A stretch of 64,000 nucleotides of DNA, taken from positions 806,001-870,000 of the forward strand of contig CM035355.1 of NCBI GenBank assembly GCA_020137815.1, read 5' to 3'. The position numbers were made by a program, and so were the translations under genes. Shown here in pieces: positions 1 through 13,300 of this stretch. The notes beneath the pieces were generated by a model. It was given only the letters and a program-made list of their open reading frames with translations. It was not told the origin of the DNA and did no database searches. Origin of the DNA: Hormiphora californensis (taxonomy: Eukaryota > Animalia > Ctenophora). Positions within the stretch are counted from its first letter, which is position 1. Each line of letters opens with the position of its first letter.

Positions 1-453
1 TGGACCGAAAAATCATGTTTTTTGGATTGAATAACAATGTTCATTCCGATCAAAAAAATGAACTTTGAGCTAAAAGTCTGAAATTTTGTGGAACTTATTT
101 ATTTGTCCCATAGAGTAACTGTGCAAAATTTTAGAGCTCTACGATATCTGGAACTATGCTAGTCTAGGGGGGACATTTTTTTTGCCCAACACGTTATAAT
201 CTGTAATATTATATACTCAACAAGCTCCCAGCTTTCCTTCCTTTCTAATTAGGGGCTAACAACTGAGAGCTGTAGTAGTAGCTGGGAGGTGAGCAACATG
301 ATTCATAATTCAGTATGATGTTGAATTGCATGAATTGTGATGAACAAAATACACTTTGTTTCCCTTTTCAACTTATTTTTGGGAGCGAAAGGAGTACTAA
401 ACCTAATACATTAGTTAATTTTGGTATTTATTTCGCCAAATCCCCCTTTCAAG

Positions 454-1783
454 CAGGAAGCGACCGAATATTCGGTTCGGTTCGGTTCGGAAATTCGGTG
501 TTTTTTGGGCGGTGCGGTTCGGTTCGGTTCGGTTCGGTAGGAAATTTTGGCCGAACCACCGAATTTTTTGGTCAAAAAATGCCCAGAAATCGGGCTTTTT
601 CATGCAAAATTTTTCAATTATTTCACGAAAATTGTATGGATTTCAATGTCAATTTCGAATCGGTGGTGCTATGTGGAAATGATTTCGCTAGTTAGCGGGT
701 TCGATATGGATTGATTTGATACCTGACTTCCCGTCGAATCGTGTCCTCATGAGAGGGTCAACAAATTCAGAAACTTTTTTTTTCAAAAAATTCATGGAGA
801 GCACCGATCAAGGTGTTAAGAATCATTCTCTGAAATTTTGTAAAAAAGTTTGGAAAATATTTCAAAGTCAATTTTATGGAAAATTTTCTATGTCAATTTT
901 TGCGTACGAATCGTGTTTCGAATCGGTATTGCTAAGCGGGAGTGATGTTGCTAATTAGTGGGTCCGAGATGGATTATGCTGATACGTGATCCCCCATCAA
1001 ATCTAATTAGGAAGTTTAGGGGAAACGATTCATGTTTCAATAAATCCTGCTAATTAGCGAGAGCACTGCCGCATAGCATCACCGATTCGCAACACGATTC
1101 GGACGGCAAAATTGACATATAATTTTTTACCGAAATTGACTTTGAAATATTTTACAAAGTTTTTTCACAAAATTAAATGTTTCTCTAAAAATTCATGGAG
1201 AGCATCGATCAAGGTATTGAGAATCATTACCTGAAATTTTGTGAAATTTTTTTTGTGAAAATATTTTAAGTAAATTATGGTATACGAATCGTGTTTCTAA
1301 TCGACAATGCTAAACGGGAGTGATGTTGGTAATTAGTGGGTCCGAGATGGATTGTGCTGATACGTGATCCCCCATCATGTCAAATCTAATTAGGAAATTT
1401 AGAGAGACACGATTCATGGTTCGTTTAATCCTGCTAATTAGCAATACCATTCCCGTATAGCATTCCCGATTCGAAACACGATTCGTACGCAAAAATTGAC
1501 ATAGAAAATTTACGATAAAATTGACTTTGAAAATTTTTTCACAAAATTGACTTTGAAATTTTTTCAAACATTTTTTAACAAAATTTCAGAGAATGATTCT
1601 CAATACCTTGATCGGTGCTCTCCATGACTTTTTAGAGAAACATTTATACAGAAAAAGTTTTGTATGGTTCGGTTCGGTTCGGTTACCGAAATTCGGTTCG
1701 GTTCGGTTCGGTTCGGTAAAAAAGTTTTTCAAATTCGGTTCGGTTCGGTTCGATGGAAAAAACCCCGGTTCGGTCGTTTCCTG
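454..1783. mobile_element. Non-autonomous hAT-like DNA element (MITE), 1330 bp
   Basis: TIRs CAGGAAGCGACCGAA (454) and TTCGGTCGTTTCCTG (ends 1783), 1 mismatch. Exact 8-bp TSD CTTTCAAG at 446-453 and 1784-1791. (GGTTC)n subterminal arrays and internal inverted repeats; no transposase ORF. An 8-bp TSD with CAG termini fits the hAT superfamily. Confidence 0.85.
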
Positions 1784-2789
1784 CTTTCAAGCTAAGTCTA
1801 CCTTTGTTAGATACCTTAGCAACCGATACAAATTATCTGTCTGGCGGTGCCAACCCAATGTGAGCGGGATCTGAGCACACTGATTGAATTGAGAACGGGC
1901 TGGCCAGACAGCAGTTTATATGTCTACCAGGTTCTCGTCTACAAACTGTCCAGGTTCCTTATTGTAGCAGCCAGTTGTTATGTAGCAGGTTATTTTACAG
2001 AACCCTCTCTCTCAGTGTAACAGATCAGAGAGCACACAGTTATTATGGGCTATAAAGGTAGACTTAGTAAATATACTCTGACCGGCTCTGACGTTCATCT
2101 TACTCATGATGTGACCCATGTTTTTATGAAGGATAGGAGAGAGAGGTAAACTGAGATAGTTTAACATTACTGCTGGTATCTGTCGTCTTTATCCCAAGTT
2201 TAGTAACCAAACTTTAGTAGCCCAACTTTATGCCTGGTGTATAGTAGTATATAGTAGTATTCTGTTGGGGAGTTCTAAAGAGTTCCCCCAATGTCTTACT
2301 GATTAGCCTCTTTCGGAGCAATTACAATTACTGCTTTCGTACTAATGAACTGTCGATATTGCTTCATTGTATTAGAAACCTCTTTATCAGTCATCTCTCC
2401 CTCTTGATAAGTTATATATGGTACCCAAATCACCCTCCCTCTTGATATAACTAATGTGTGGTACCCAAATCTCCTCAGAATGCAATCCCATCACTCCTCG
2501 ATGGTGAGGAGGGCATCTAATGCCATACCCAGGGTTCTGTCGGCCAAGAAGGGCGGTGGAATAGTCAGACGGTTATCTACTTACTTGCGGGGTATAATAT
2601 GTCTGTTGAGCTGCTATGTTTTAGTTGATATTAGTCGAAAGCATTGATAGTAATTAGAAGGCAGCTGTTAATTGTAGCCTACTTCATCAACACATTTAAA
2701 CGATAACATATATATATGTACTGAGTTACGACGCTACTGGCTACGCGCTACCCTGTCCCTATAAATTCGTGAATTGATCTGACACCGGA

Positions 2790-2791
<2 letters not shown>

Positions 2792-2870
<79 letters not shown>
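2792..2870. repeat. (GA)n microsatellite
   Basis: Uninterrupted GA run read directly. Similar tracts lie at ~6172-6260, 31568-31636, 32200-32250, 58117-58290 and 58414-58460. Confidence 0.95.
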
Positions 2871-2873
<3 letters not shown>

Positions 2874-3069
2874 GGCAGGTGGCAAGCTGTCAGTGTCACC
2901 TAGTCCCTTAACAATCTGCTTATTGTAAGCGGCCTCTCTCGACTTGTGATCTGTTAGTATTAAGACACTACGCTCTCACTATTATATTACCCAAGTTGTT
3001 TCCATTTGAACCCCTACTACTAGACTGCTAGAGAGACCTCGTTAGAGACCTTGTTAGACCAGGACCGCC

Positions 3070-6000
3070 ATGTCCGCTAGTTGCTACATTGAACTGGATG
3101 AGGGGCCTGCATGTGAGAGACACTCAGCTATACAGTTTGTTGTTGTTTGTCAGGAGGATGTGGTGTTTGTTAGCCACTGCTGCTGGTTTTATGCTACACA
3201 AACATCCCACATTCTAAATTCTACTTGTTCTACATCACTTTGATATCCTGACTGTTTCTCTTCCCAGCAGCGGGAGAGGGAAACAAGACACCAGGGTTCA
3301 AGGTAAAGGGCCTCAACAATACAGACTGGGGGTCTACTGGATTCACCACCTCTAAAGAACCATGAATCTGAGAGCATGACGAAGATAATGATCAATGTGT
3401 CAGGGAAGAAGTTTGTAATCTACAAAGAATATCTACAGAGGTGATTTGTTATGACGATTGACTGCTTGAGATTTTGCGAATCATGTATAGTCTGCTGATT
3501 CCTAAACATACAATCTGCTGTTTCATTATCCAACTATATCAAAGTACAAACTACCCCCAGGTACCCCCAGACTCTCCTAGGATCGGACGATTTGGAGCTT
3601 TACTACGACGCCACCTACAAGGACTACTTCTTTGACAGTAACCCAGAGGCGTTTGAGAGTATATTTGATTTCTACTTGTATGGAAAACTGTATGAACCCG
3701 CTACTATACCAAAGGAAATGTTCCAGGTTCGGCATGTTGGTGAAAAAAACAGGAGTAACTAGTAGTAACCTGACTACTTCGGTGTTCCCTACTATAACCA
3801 CTGGTTATTAACCAGCTAAAATATGAAGTACCACTACCTAACTAGTAGTTAGTAACTACCTGTGCAAACAGTTCTAACCAATTCTCAAACTAAGAACCAT
3901 ATTTCCACTTTACTTCCACTTCCAGGACTCAGTGCACTTTTTCCGAATGATGTCAGTGTTTGAGGAGGAGGAGGAGCTGCAAACTAAGCAGGAGGAGGAA
4001 GTATTCCAGGAACGGGCCTCTACACCAATGATCAGCAGATTCAGGGGCCAACTGAACCACATTCTACAAAACCCGAGCATGAGCGTACCAGGTGGGTCAA
4101 GACTGTTGAATACAAGGTCAAGGTGAAGTATCATTTTGGGAGATTCCAGTATCAGGTAGGTGGAGAGTAACAACTATCATCACGATAGCCAAACCAAAAA
4201 GAGAGAACCAGTATAATTTACTGTGGCGGACATTAATCTGGATTCAACTATGATACTCCCACCTCTCTTTATCACATCTCCCCACTACTCCAGGCAAGGT
4301 ATACGGTTGGATTGATCTGCTCTGTATCTTTCTATCCATTGTACTCATGTTGTTTGAAACGGATCCCAATGTTGTGGAGATGATTGATGATAAAACGTCA
4401 CCCGTTTCTAAAACATGCTTCATCATCGAGTCAATCACTGTCATCTACTTTACATTTGATGTCTTGCTAAGGTGAGACCTGGGGTGGATTTGTGCAGATA
4501 AGAGATGTGTACTGTTATTTTCAAAGTTAAGAGTGGAATAAATGATAAGACCAATAGTAACTTTGTGAGATGTACTGGGATGGATCCATTGTGCTTTTAA
4601 TATCTGATCCAAATTTCAAACTACCCACCTAACTCTTTCCCAACATCTACAACTGTTCACATCCTATTATCACAAACAGGAAGCAAACAGAAAGATCAAC
4701 TACCTGATTACAGGTTCTTCGTTACGTATGAGAAGTGGAACTTTATCAGGCACCCCACGACCTGGCTAGACGTGTTCACTGTATTCCCTTACTATCTGGA
4801 ACTGTTCATTGACGTCACCAAGATGAAGAGTTTGAAAGTGCTGAGGATTGCACGAATTGCACGGTAAGCATGGGGGATCGGGAACAGGGTATGACCCAAG
4901 TAGTACAGTCGGACCCCGATTTAGGGACACTCTCGGGGGAAAGGCTCTTGTCCACTAAATCGGGGTGTCCACTAAATCGGGGTCAAATAAGGTTAATTTC
5001 CTATATCGGGGAAAAAAAAAATCCTGTCCCTAAATCGGGGTGCCACTAAATCGGGGTCCGACTGTATACACTACTGACTAAACTACTGACTATATATTAT
5101 ATCTCCATTCTCCAAGAGTTTTAACAAACCGAATATTTCTCAATGCCTATTTTGCCTACAGACAAGATCTAAAAAAAACATCTCCCTTCCCCACCCAGAG
5201 TTTTAAAGCTGATAAAGAAGAACAAGAGGTTAATGCTGATAGCCACGGTCCTCTCTCAAAGTGTCAGCGAGCTAAGCATGTTGATTATAGTGTGGAGTAT
5301 GTGTATTACTGTGGCGGGGTGCACCTTCTACTTTTTAGAGGCAGACGCTAACCCAACCATAGTATCAGGTAAGGGGTGAGAGACTGGAACTGGACTATTA
5401 ACAAATCCACACCCAGCTTTTGTCCCCTGAATGAACAATTAACACACTCATTTGTTCAAGCCTAAAGGCCAGAGTTATGAATTCCTGATTCAAATTACCA
5501 GGGTGGTGAACAACCTAACTATTTAATTAGTTAGTTAATTCCTCAATTAATTAACACCCCCTCCCCCCAGGTGTAGACGGGTTGTGGTGGGCAGTTGTAA
5601 CAATGAGTACTGTTGGGTATGGGGACATTTCACCGGTAAGAGGGGGTTAATTAGGGGTGATAGTTAATTAACGTTAATTAGAAGCGTTATTACCCTGCCA
5701 AAATTTTATCAGACGTCCTATCAGACACACAGCTGTTGCGTGGGAGAATTGATAACATTTTGGCAGGGAAACATGAGATTATTGGTCAAGATGATCCTAG
5801 TCCCTGAACACATGCTTCATACCTTGTCTCATATAAGACCCTCCTCTTCGCACCGGGCCGAGGTTGCGCGATGTACAGTCAGTGTGTGACAATTCATACC
5901 CCAGTCTCCAGCACCCCTCCCGCCAACACAAACCTCCAGCCCCCACCCCTAATAACACATACCACTGTCCTCCAGGTATCAATCCTAGGGAAATCCTTCG

Positions 6001-6155
6001 CCACTGTCTTTGTGTATATCTCCATGGTATTCCTGGCCCTCCCTCTCACCATCATAGTTGGGGCCTTCTCTAAACAGTACGAAGCGAGGAAGTGCATCAG
6101 CCTGAAGGAGAATAAGAGTGTGTATAAGGTGGATCAAGTACAATCGGAGGATTAG
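3070..6155 (+). CDS. Voltage-gated K+ channel alpha subunit, Shaker superfamily (T1-S1-S6), 9 exons
   Basis: Manually spliced GT-AG exons: 3070-3112, 3268-3440, 3561-3726, 3926-4091, 4294-4471, 4714-4863, 5199-5368, 5571-5635, 5976-6155. They give T1 (INVSGKKF...YPQTLLG...YFFDSNPEAF), S4 KVLRIARIARVLK, pore WWAVVTMSTVGYGD and S6 SMVFLALPLTII. Exon 1 joins in frame only if one extra base near 3326-3327 is removed. Confidence 0.92.
4906..5064. mobile_element. Tc1/mariner-pogo-type MITE in Kv intron, 159 bp
   Basis: TIRs CAGTCGGACCCCGATTTAG / CTAAATCGGGGTCCGACTG. TA flanks at 4904-4905 and 5065-5066. Internal CTAAATCGGGGT repeats. Confidence 0.85.
5693..5768. repeat. Short intronic inverted repeat (possible minimal MITE)
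   Basis: CCCTGCCAAAATTTTATCA vs TGATAACATTTTGGCAGGG: 19-bp arms with 1 mismatch; no convincing TSD. Confidence 0.55.
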
Positions 6156-6180
6156 GGATGTTACGTGTAATAGAGAGAGA

Positions 6181-6242
<62 letters not shown>

Positions 6243-6685
6243 GAGAGAGAGTGACAGAGAGACAGTAATGAGTAAAACCAGAGGGACTTCCAATATAAAA
6301 GATCTGGTATTATATGACTATCTTGCCAGACTAAAAGGAGGGAGTATTATAATTGCCTCTAGATAGAGGGGACAATGACATGATAAAAAGTCTCGTATAC
6401 AGTGTGTGTAAAAGATTGTTGGTAAAGAATACAACTTCAATTTCGCGTCAACAAGATAGTCTCTCTCTCTCCCTTCTTTGATCTGTCGCATGATTATTCA
6501 TCCTGGACCGGGGTAGCAGCATTGTAACGGTTAGAAAACAGGAGCGGGTACATGTATATATTGTCGGTATAATTAGAATACTATAGCGATTAAAGTATTC
6601 GCTGTAAAATGCAGGGTTCGGAAGCGACTAAAAAAGCAGGCCATCTCCTCTCTTCCTCTCTGAATTGTCCCTTATTATCCCGAAT

Positions 6686-9387
6686 TTAGGCCGTCTTTTT
6701 GTATTCGTCAAGCTGAGCAGTCCAGTTCTTCTGCAGTCATGGGTTTCTTCTTTTCTCGTTTTTCTCCACCACCACCATTACCCCCTCTCCTCTGACCTCG
6801 GCCTCCCCTGTTTCCACCTCGAGACCTGGTGGGAGATAGCTGTCAGGTGATGGGGTTGTTGTTGGAGATTGCTGTGGTGAGGGGGTTGTTGTGGGAGATA
6901 GCTGTCAGGTGATGGGGTGGCACAGGGAAGGTGATATGAAGTGGTTGGGTGGTGAAAATAAAGAAGACTAAGAGGGGCGCGCACTGCTAAGTGTAGACTG
7001 ATAAATGCTTACAACATGTGACTTTCTAATAACTGCGCGCCCTCTCTCCTAGCAATAGCTCTTTGTGGGCCCGCGGGAGAGCCAAGAGAGTGAGGGAACA
7101 GCTGTGACTGAGAGATAATGCATGTGGAGTGTAGCAAAGAGAGCTAGAGAGAGAGAGAGAGAGGGGATGATGTTTCCTCACCTGTTATAGCCACCACCAC
7201 CACCACTGCTGTAAGGTCGAGCAGCGGGAGGTTGATATACTGGCTCATCTGATACTAGCTCGATAAACATTGGTTTGCCATCCAGCGGCACGTTGTTATA
7301 CGTTTTTAGGGCTTTAGTGGCATCCGTCCTGTTGACGTACATGACATCAGCTGTACCAAGAGACCGGCCTGATCGGTCAAAGTGAACTGAATAGGATCGG
7401 ATGGCACCAAACTCACTGAACAACTCCTGGGAAGATGGGGGGAGGGGATTAGCGGGTTTGAGGGTGGTTTGGAGGTGGTTTAGAGGATTTGAGATGGTGG
7501 GAGGGGGATTAGAGGGTTTGAGAGAGAGAAGTGTTTAACTTGTATGACCTTGGCTTGTTGGTTTCATCTACAAATGTTTTTCATTTTGTCATGACATCAG
7601 ACATGAAATGACAGACATGTTTTAAAATCATATTGTTTTAAGGCCAGAGGGGGGGGTCGACGGGTTTTTTGGGGTGTTTTTTGAGGTATACGTTATATAC
7701 GTTATATACGTTATATACGTTATATAAAATTTTCATGGACAAAACAAATGTTAACCCCTATAATTTTTGAACGGGGGCCTTAATCAAAAATCGCTACATC
7801 AAATTTGAAGAACACGGTCTCTAGAACAACTATGCCAAACGGCAAGGTCTGAGTCCTAGCCGTTATTTCAGGAAGTGAGGCAGGATGTCCCAAAAAAGAG
7901 CAAAATTAGAGGCAAAAAGGGCTTTTTCCGCATATTTTGTAAACCCCCAAAAAATCAAGAAGTAGTTGGAGTAACGACATAAAACTTTTCAGGAAGTTGT
8001 ATCAAGACAAGACGAAGCCTTTGGTACAATGATGGATGTTCTAGACCCCACCAATCCTGATTTATAGGGGTTAACATCCATTATAGGCCAAATGTTAACC
8101 CCCAAATTTTGGCCAAACGGTGCGCGCAACATCGATGACGTCTGTTCTAATCGATCCGCCTTGCCCAGCGCTTTCATATAACGTATACCTCAAAAAACAC
8201 CCCAAAAAACCCGTCGACCCCCCCCTCTGGCCTTAATGTTTAAAGATATTATTTAGTATAGGAAAGTGCTATTAAAACACAGATCAAGTGAGGATTAATA
8301 AAGCAATGAAGAGTGTGCGTGTTTAATTAATCAACCAATACATGTTTCCATATACCAATAGATATAACCACTCACCCTGATATCCTGATCGTTAACACTG
8401 TATTCCAAATTACTGATGATCAGCTTGGTACCTCCACGGCTTCCACCACCACCTCCAAGACGTCCAGAGAACTTGCCATTACGGGCACCTCCCTCGAACT
8501 TGTCGTGATCCCATCGACCAGATGGAGTGTCCTGGGGGAAGTGGAACTGAGGAAATCCAGGGATTGTGGATGAGGGCGCTAGGGTCAGATTGTAAAGAAG
8601 AAAAACGGTATTGGAGAGCGAGTATTGTGAGAGCGAGTTGAAAACTATCTTACTCTCGTTAATTAAGCTCGCATATTTCAAGAAACTTTTAAAGAAGAAA
8701 CTTTTTTCTAGGAAACTATAGGTGTAAGCAATCCAAAAACAAAAAGAATTTCTCCTTTATCAAGAAACTAAATAAGTTAGGGGTGTTCTATTTTGTTGTG
8801 GTGTCTCTGAATTGTGTGATTTACATTTGAAAAGTTTCTTATAAAAAAGTTTCTTACTAAAGCGTTTCTTAAAAAACGAGAGTAAGGTAATTAGAAATAT
8901 AAGTTGAATGTTGAGAACCTACCCTGCTGTACGGGGTTTGTCTGTTACCACCCCTCCTTGATCCACCACCACCTCTGGAGTTTCCACCACTACCTCGACC
9001 ACGACCTGATGAGTTTCCAGCGGCACTGCCACCACCACCTTGGCGTCTGCCTCCTCTCTTTACCTGGTGAATAGGTGTGGTGAAAATAAGAGGCCCTTGG
9101 GTAACTACACAGGGAGTGACAGGTGAGAAGGTGAAGGGACCGAGAATAAGGATCGGTTGATTGTTTATTAGCCGCATATCAGAGAGGAACGCATACCAGC
9201 GAGGAACACGTTCTTCTACAAACAAAAACCCCGTCTACTCAATTTGTCCAGCCGGAAGGAGAAAACTAAACTTCCTCACGGTTAAGGGACCCTTTAAAGT
9301 TTAAGGGAGGGGCAGATATAAACGTACCATGCTTGGTTTTGCCTTGATGATATCATCCAGAGACATTTCCATTTGTTCTTCAGTCAT
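6686..9387 (-). CDS. ALYREF: THO complex subunit 4 / Aly-REF mRNA export adaptor, 5 exons
   Basis: Exons 9387-9328, 9063-8923, 8531-8376, 7426-7182, 6825-6686. N-terminal MEMSLDDII motif, RGG region, WDHDKF motif, RRM (KLIISNL...VHFDRSGRSLGTADV...YNNVPLDGKPM). The C-terminal TAEELDAQLDEY motif is restored by removing one extra base at 6719/6720. Confidence 0.93.
7642..8232. mobile_element. TTAA-flanked MITE with GG termini (Kolobok-like) in ALYREF intron
   Basis: ~55-bp TIRs GGCCAGAGGGGGGGGTCGACGGGTTTTTTGGGGTGTTTTTTGAGGTATACG. TTAA at 7638-7641 and 8233-8236. Purine-purine termini fit Kolobok better than piggyBac. Confidence 0.8.
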
Positions 9388-10264
9388 GGTGAGAGCTACT
9401 ACCTAGATATCACGGTGGATGGATTGCTCACTAGCTCACGTTGTTGATCGCCCCCTGGTCCTCTATCCGCGAGGAACAGAGAGACCGGGAGAGCGAGTGA
9501 TCCAAGTGGGTCAAACTTCATTAAAATTGGGTTTTCAGAATGGGTTTTCAGATTGGTTATTTTTCAGATCGGTTTCAGGTAGCAGTAGGTGAGAGAAAGA
9601 TGTAGAAGATCTGTAGAACGGGGATAACAAAGCCGCCAGCGGAACTGATTCCAAAGGTCTGGCGACACAAATTGGTCTTTGCAGCAGTTGTAGATGACAC
9701 TAGATGGTCAAATTTAATATCTGTAAATATTTGTCTTGCTCTCTTGGTTAGGGTTGGGCTTGTTTGCCACCAGTCAAGCTGGGAACCGAACCGAGAGCAG
9801 AAACGAGAAAGAAAGTGTTCACAAAAAGTGAGCCAAAAAAGGGCGAGTAAAAAAAACTTAAAAATAAATATCAATTTGAGATGATTTTTGCGCGCCGCGC
9901 ATTCAAAATCGCAGATAAATTCAAGGAATGCCGCGCGTTACGTCAAAAATTAAACGAGAGTTTTTGTTAATTTTGACGTATCATAAAATTCAATCGAACA
10001 CAAAACAAGGAATAACAACAACACAACCAATATCAACCATATTTAGCACAGAAGGGGTGGGGGTCTTTTTACCATTTTTCAAACGATCATATCTTGTTGA
10101 CTTTGAGTCTCTAACTCAATCATATATCTCTTGTTGAGTAACCCCTTTAATAATCCAAGTTTAAAACATAAAATACAGACAAACAAGGTTTAAAAAGTAC
10201 TGTCTCAATAACTCAATTGTCTTCAGATGTGTAATTGTATTTATAATTTAGTTACAATCAATAT

Positions 10265-10296
<32 letters not shown>

Positions 10297-10384
10297 AACA
10301 CAAGATGGATAATTTATCCTTCACTGTCACAATCTGGCTAGTTACATATATCTACTACATAATGATCTGGGGTATCAGGTCGAG

Positions 10385-13300
10385 TTACTCATTTCGGAGG
10401 GGTCGGTACTTGGTCCCTTTTGAGCATCCCTTGAACTGAAACAAAAGGGATGAAATAAATAGATAAATTATTCTAGCACTTGCACGTTCCCAGACCTAAT
10501 CAAATTGGTAAAACCGAAATGGGACTGAAATGTGCACAGAGCCACACTATAGGAGAGTTGTTGGGTAATACAATACACAGGAGATTTGCCTGGCTAAACT
10601 GTGTTACAAATGTAAAGGGAGGGTTAGAACATAACAACAGAAGATGTGGAACTACCTTGAAGAACATGGTTAGAGTAAAGGAGGTGAAAAGGCAAGATGC
10701 AATGATCCACTGAACTTGTTGCTGTTGCAGGTTGCCTGCACGTGTTAGATTAAGGAGAAGGACATTTAGCAGCGCTCCACATGCCTGTAGGGAGGGGACG
10801 TTAGAACTAGTATAAGTAGTACATAGTATCAAAAAGGGGGCTGGCGCCGTATGTATTTTTGAATTTTGTGCCAAATAAGAAGGAGAAGTTACAGTGGTTA
10901 TCAGAAATTCATGTGTAGATTGCAGGTTAAATTGGGTTAGGAGATGTGACCTTATCTGTGCAGTGTGCGTGTATTGGTAGGAAGAGCTATCGCCTAGACG
11001 GTAGACCCTATACATGATAAAAAATTTTATTTTATTTTTACATACCCCGGAGGTGAATACTAGTCCATAGTTACTGGTAGAGTAAGTCATACCGAACCGT
11101 TTTAGAGTTGCAGTAGGCAGTAGTGAGAAACTACCTGAAGGGTAGTGGGGTTGTACTTTCTCTATTATACAACGAGATGAAACATAAGTTGGAATCTTGG
11201 TAGTGTCCCTTGCCAAGTTTATTATGTTCTAAGTTCTAACCCTCCCTTTACATTTGTAAAGGAAGGGGGCGGGGCTCCCGAAACACAGTCTAGCTAGGCA
11301 ATGCCAAGTGGGACTTTCACAACACCTACCTCCCACACAGAAGAAGAGGGCACACACGTATATAGCGTAGCCCCATTTATACTGCATCCAGTACATGAAT
11401 ATTAGCAGGGTTCCAAACGTGAACTGCAGACACCCCATACCAATCTGCGGGGGGAGGGGGAGTTAGTTTCATTATAATGAGTGAGATAAATTTCAACATT
11501 TGACCTGGTTCCCTTGGCATGTTACACCCCTGCACCGATGGGAGCTATAACAGTCAGCCTTAATGTGACCTCATACCTTGTAACCGGCGGTGTCTCCGAA
11601 AGCACCCCAAATGATTCTGCTGAAGGCATTGAAGATACTTCCAGCAGAGCCAATAGCGGCCAGGAAGAAGTCATCTTTGATAAACCCAGCACCTACCACC
11701 TGGGAGGTCGGATGGTCAGATACAATCTTCATTGAACAGTGTACGATTATTGAAAATAACCAGAAAAATCTCTTGGATCTGGTGCTCTCTTGGACGCTCT
11801 CGAACTTTATTTAGGTTCTAGATTACACCACATACCTTCCAGTAGGTTCCAACATAAGATATCCCCTGATTATTTAGCAGGAACCCACACCACATGACCC
11901 AGAAGTCAAGGTGTTTTATCATCTCTCCCGGTCTCAAACTCTCCTCCTCGGTGTTGCCAGTATCCTCTTCCTGGTCAGCCTGGGCGATGGAGGAACGGGA
12001 CTGGTAGGAGTCAACTTCAGAGGTATCACCAGTCTGTATGGAGGGAACACAATACAGCGACTACTATATCTAGTTCAATGAGTTACCATGGTTACCAAGG
12101 TAACCAAGGTAACAGCAGATTAGTTACATTCACATACATCAACCTGAGTAGTGAATGAGGTATATTCTGTGTTAGGGGGAGCTTTTAGCAGCAGATTCCC
12201 AACTAGTTGGATCCCTAAGAAGCACGCTGCCATAACTTGGAAACATGAAGGGTACTCGGTCCAGAATCTCCTTGTCTTGGGGGTCACAAAAATACCTAAA
12301 GTGGGAGTGGATTTATAAAAAATCTGCAGGCATCACCTCCCAAGAAATGTCAAGAGATTACTGAAAGTCAAATTCCCAACAGAAATCACCCCCCTGCTCA
12401 TCACAGTATAACCCCCCCCCCTCATCTAAGGATAGTGGGAGAGAAAGAGAGGTTACCCATCACCCAGATATTATACACTCACGTTTCATTATTAACGGGG
12501 GCATAAGGTGTACAGTTGGCGTGTACATTATCAGGGTTAATGTACATGGTGATAATGGGGTTGAAGACGGTGGCTCCCATCCCAAATCCGGCGACCACAC
12601 ACCCAGCCACAACTCCTTTAATCGCTGGTAACCACTGGGAGATGGAGAGATGGGGTATTATTGGGTGAAGGGGGTAACCACTGGGAGATGGGGTATTATT
12701 GGGTGAGGGGTTACGGGGGTAACCACTGGGAGATGGGATATTATTGGGTGAGGGGTTACGGGGGTAACCACTGGGAGATGGGATATTATTGGGTGAGGGG
12801 TTACGGGGGTAACCACTGGGAGATGGGGTATTATTGGGTGATAGGGGATAACCACTGGGAGATGGGGTGTTATTGGGTGAAGGGGGTAACCACTGGGAGA
12901 TGAGGTATTATTGGGTGATAGGGGGTAACCACTGGGAGATGGGGTATTATTGGGTGAAGGGGGTAACCACTGGGAGATGGGGTATTATTGGGTGAGGGCT
13001 GAGAAGGGAAATACGGTCCCTTTCTTTCTGTTTGATACAGATACATCATTGAATGCCGCATTTTACCTTAATCGCGAGAGTCATGGTGGTTGAGTAAGCG
13101 AGACCGATACCGAACCCGAATATCAAGCCATACGTCAGGATTAGGCCATAGAATGACTCAATTGACCAATAGGACACGAACACTGCAGACCTGAAACAGC
13201 ACGACTGTAAAATTTAATTTGTTGTTTTGGGCGAAAAATATAGTTTGGAGAATTCTGTCTGGCGGCGCCCATCTCTATCTCTCTCCCTCACTCACGTGTT

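Noticed and set aside
1-195. End of another MITE at the window start
   Set aside because: Composition resembles the other MITEs, but the partner terminus lies outside the window.
9170-9285. Possible C/D snoRNA in ALYREF intron 1 (GTGAGGA...CTGA on the minus strand)
   Set aside because: Imperfect C box, weak terminal stem and no recognisable rRNA antisense element.
12627-13000. CRISPR-like array (also 62950-63790)
   Set aside because: Eukaryotic context, no unique spacers and no cas genes; these are plain minisatellites.
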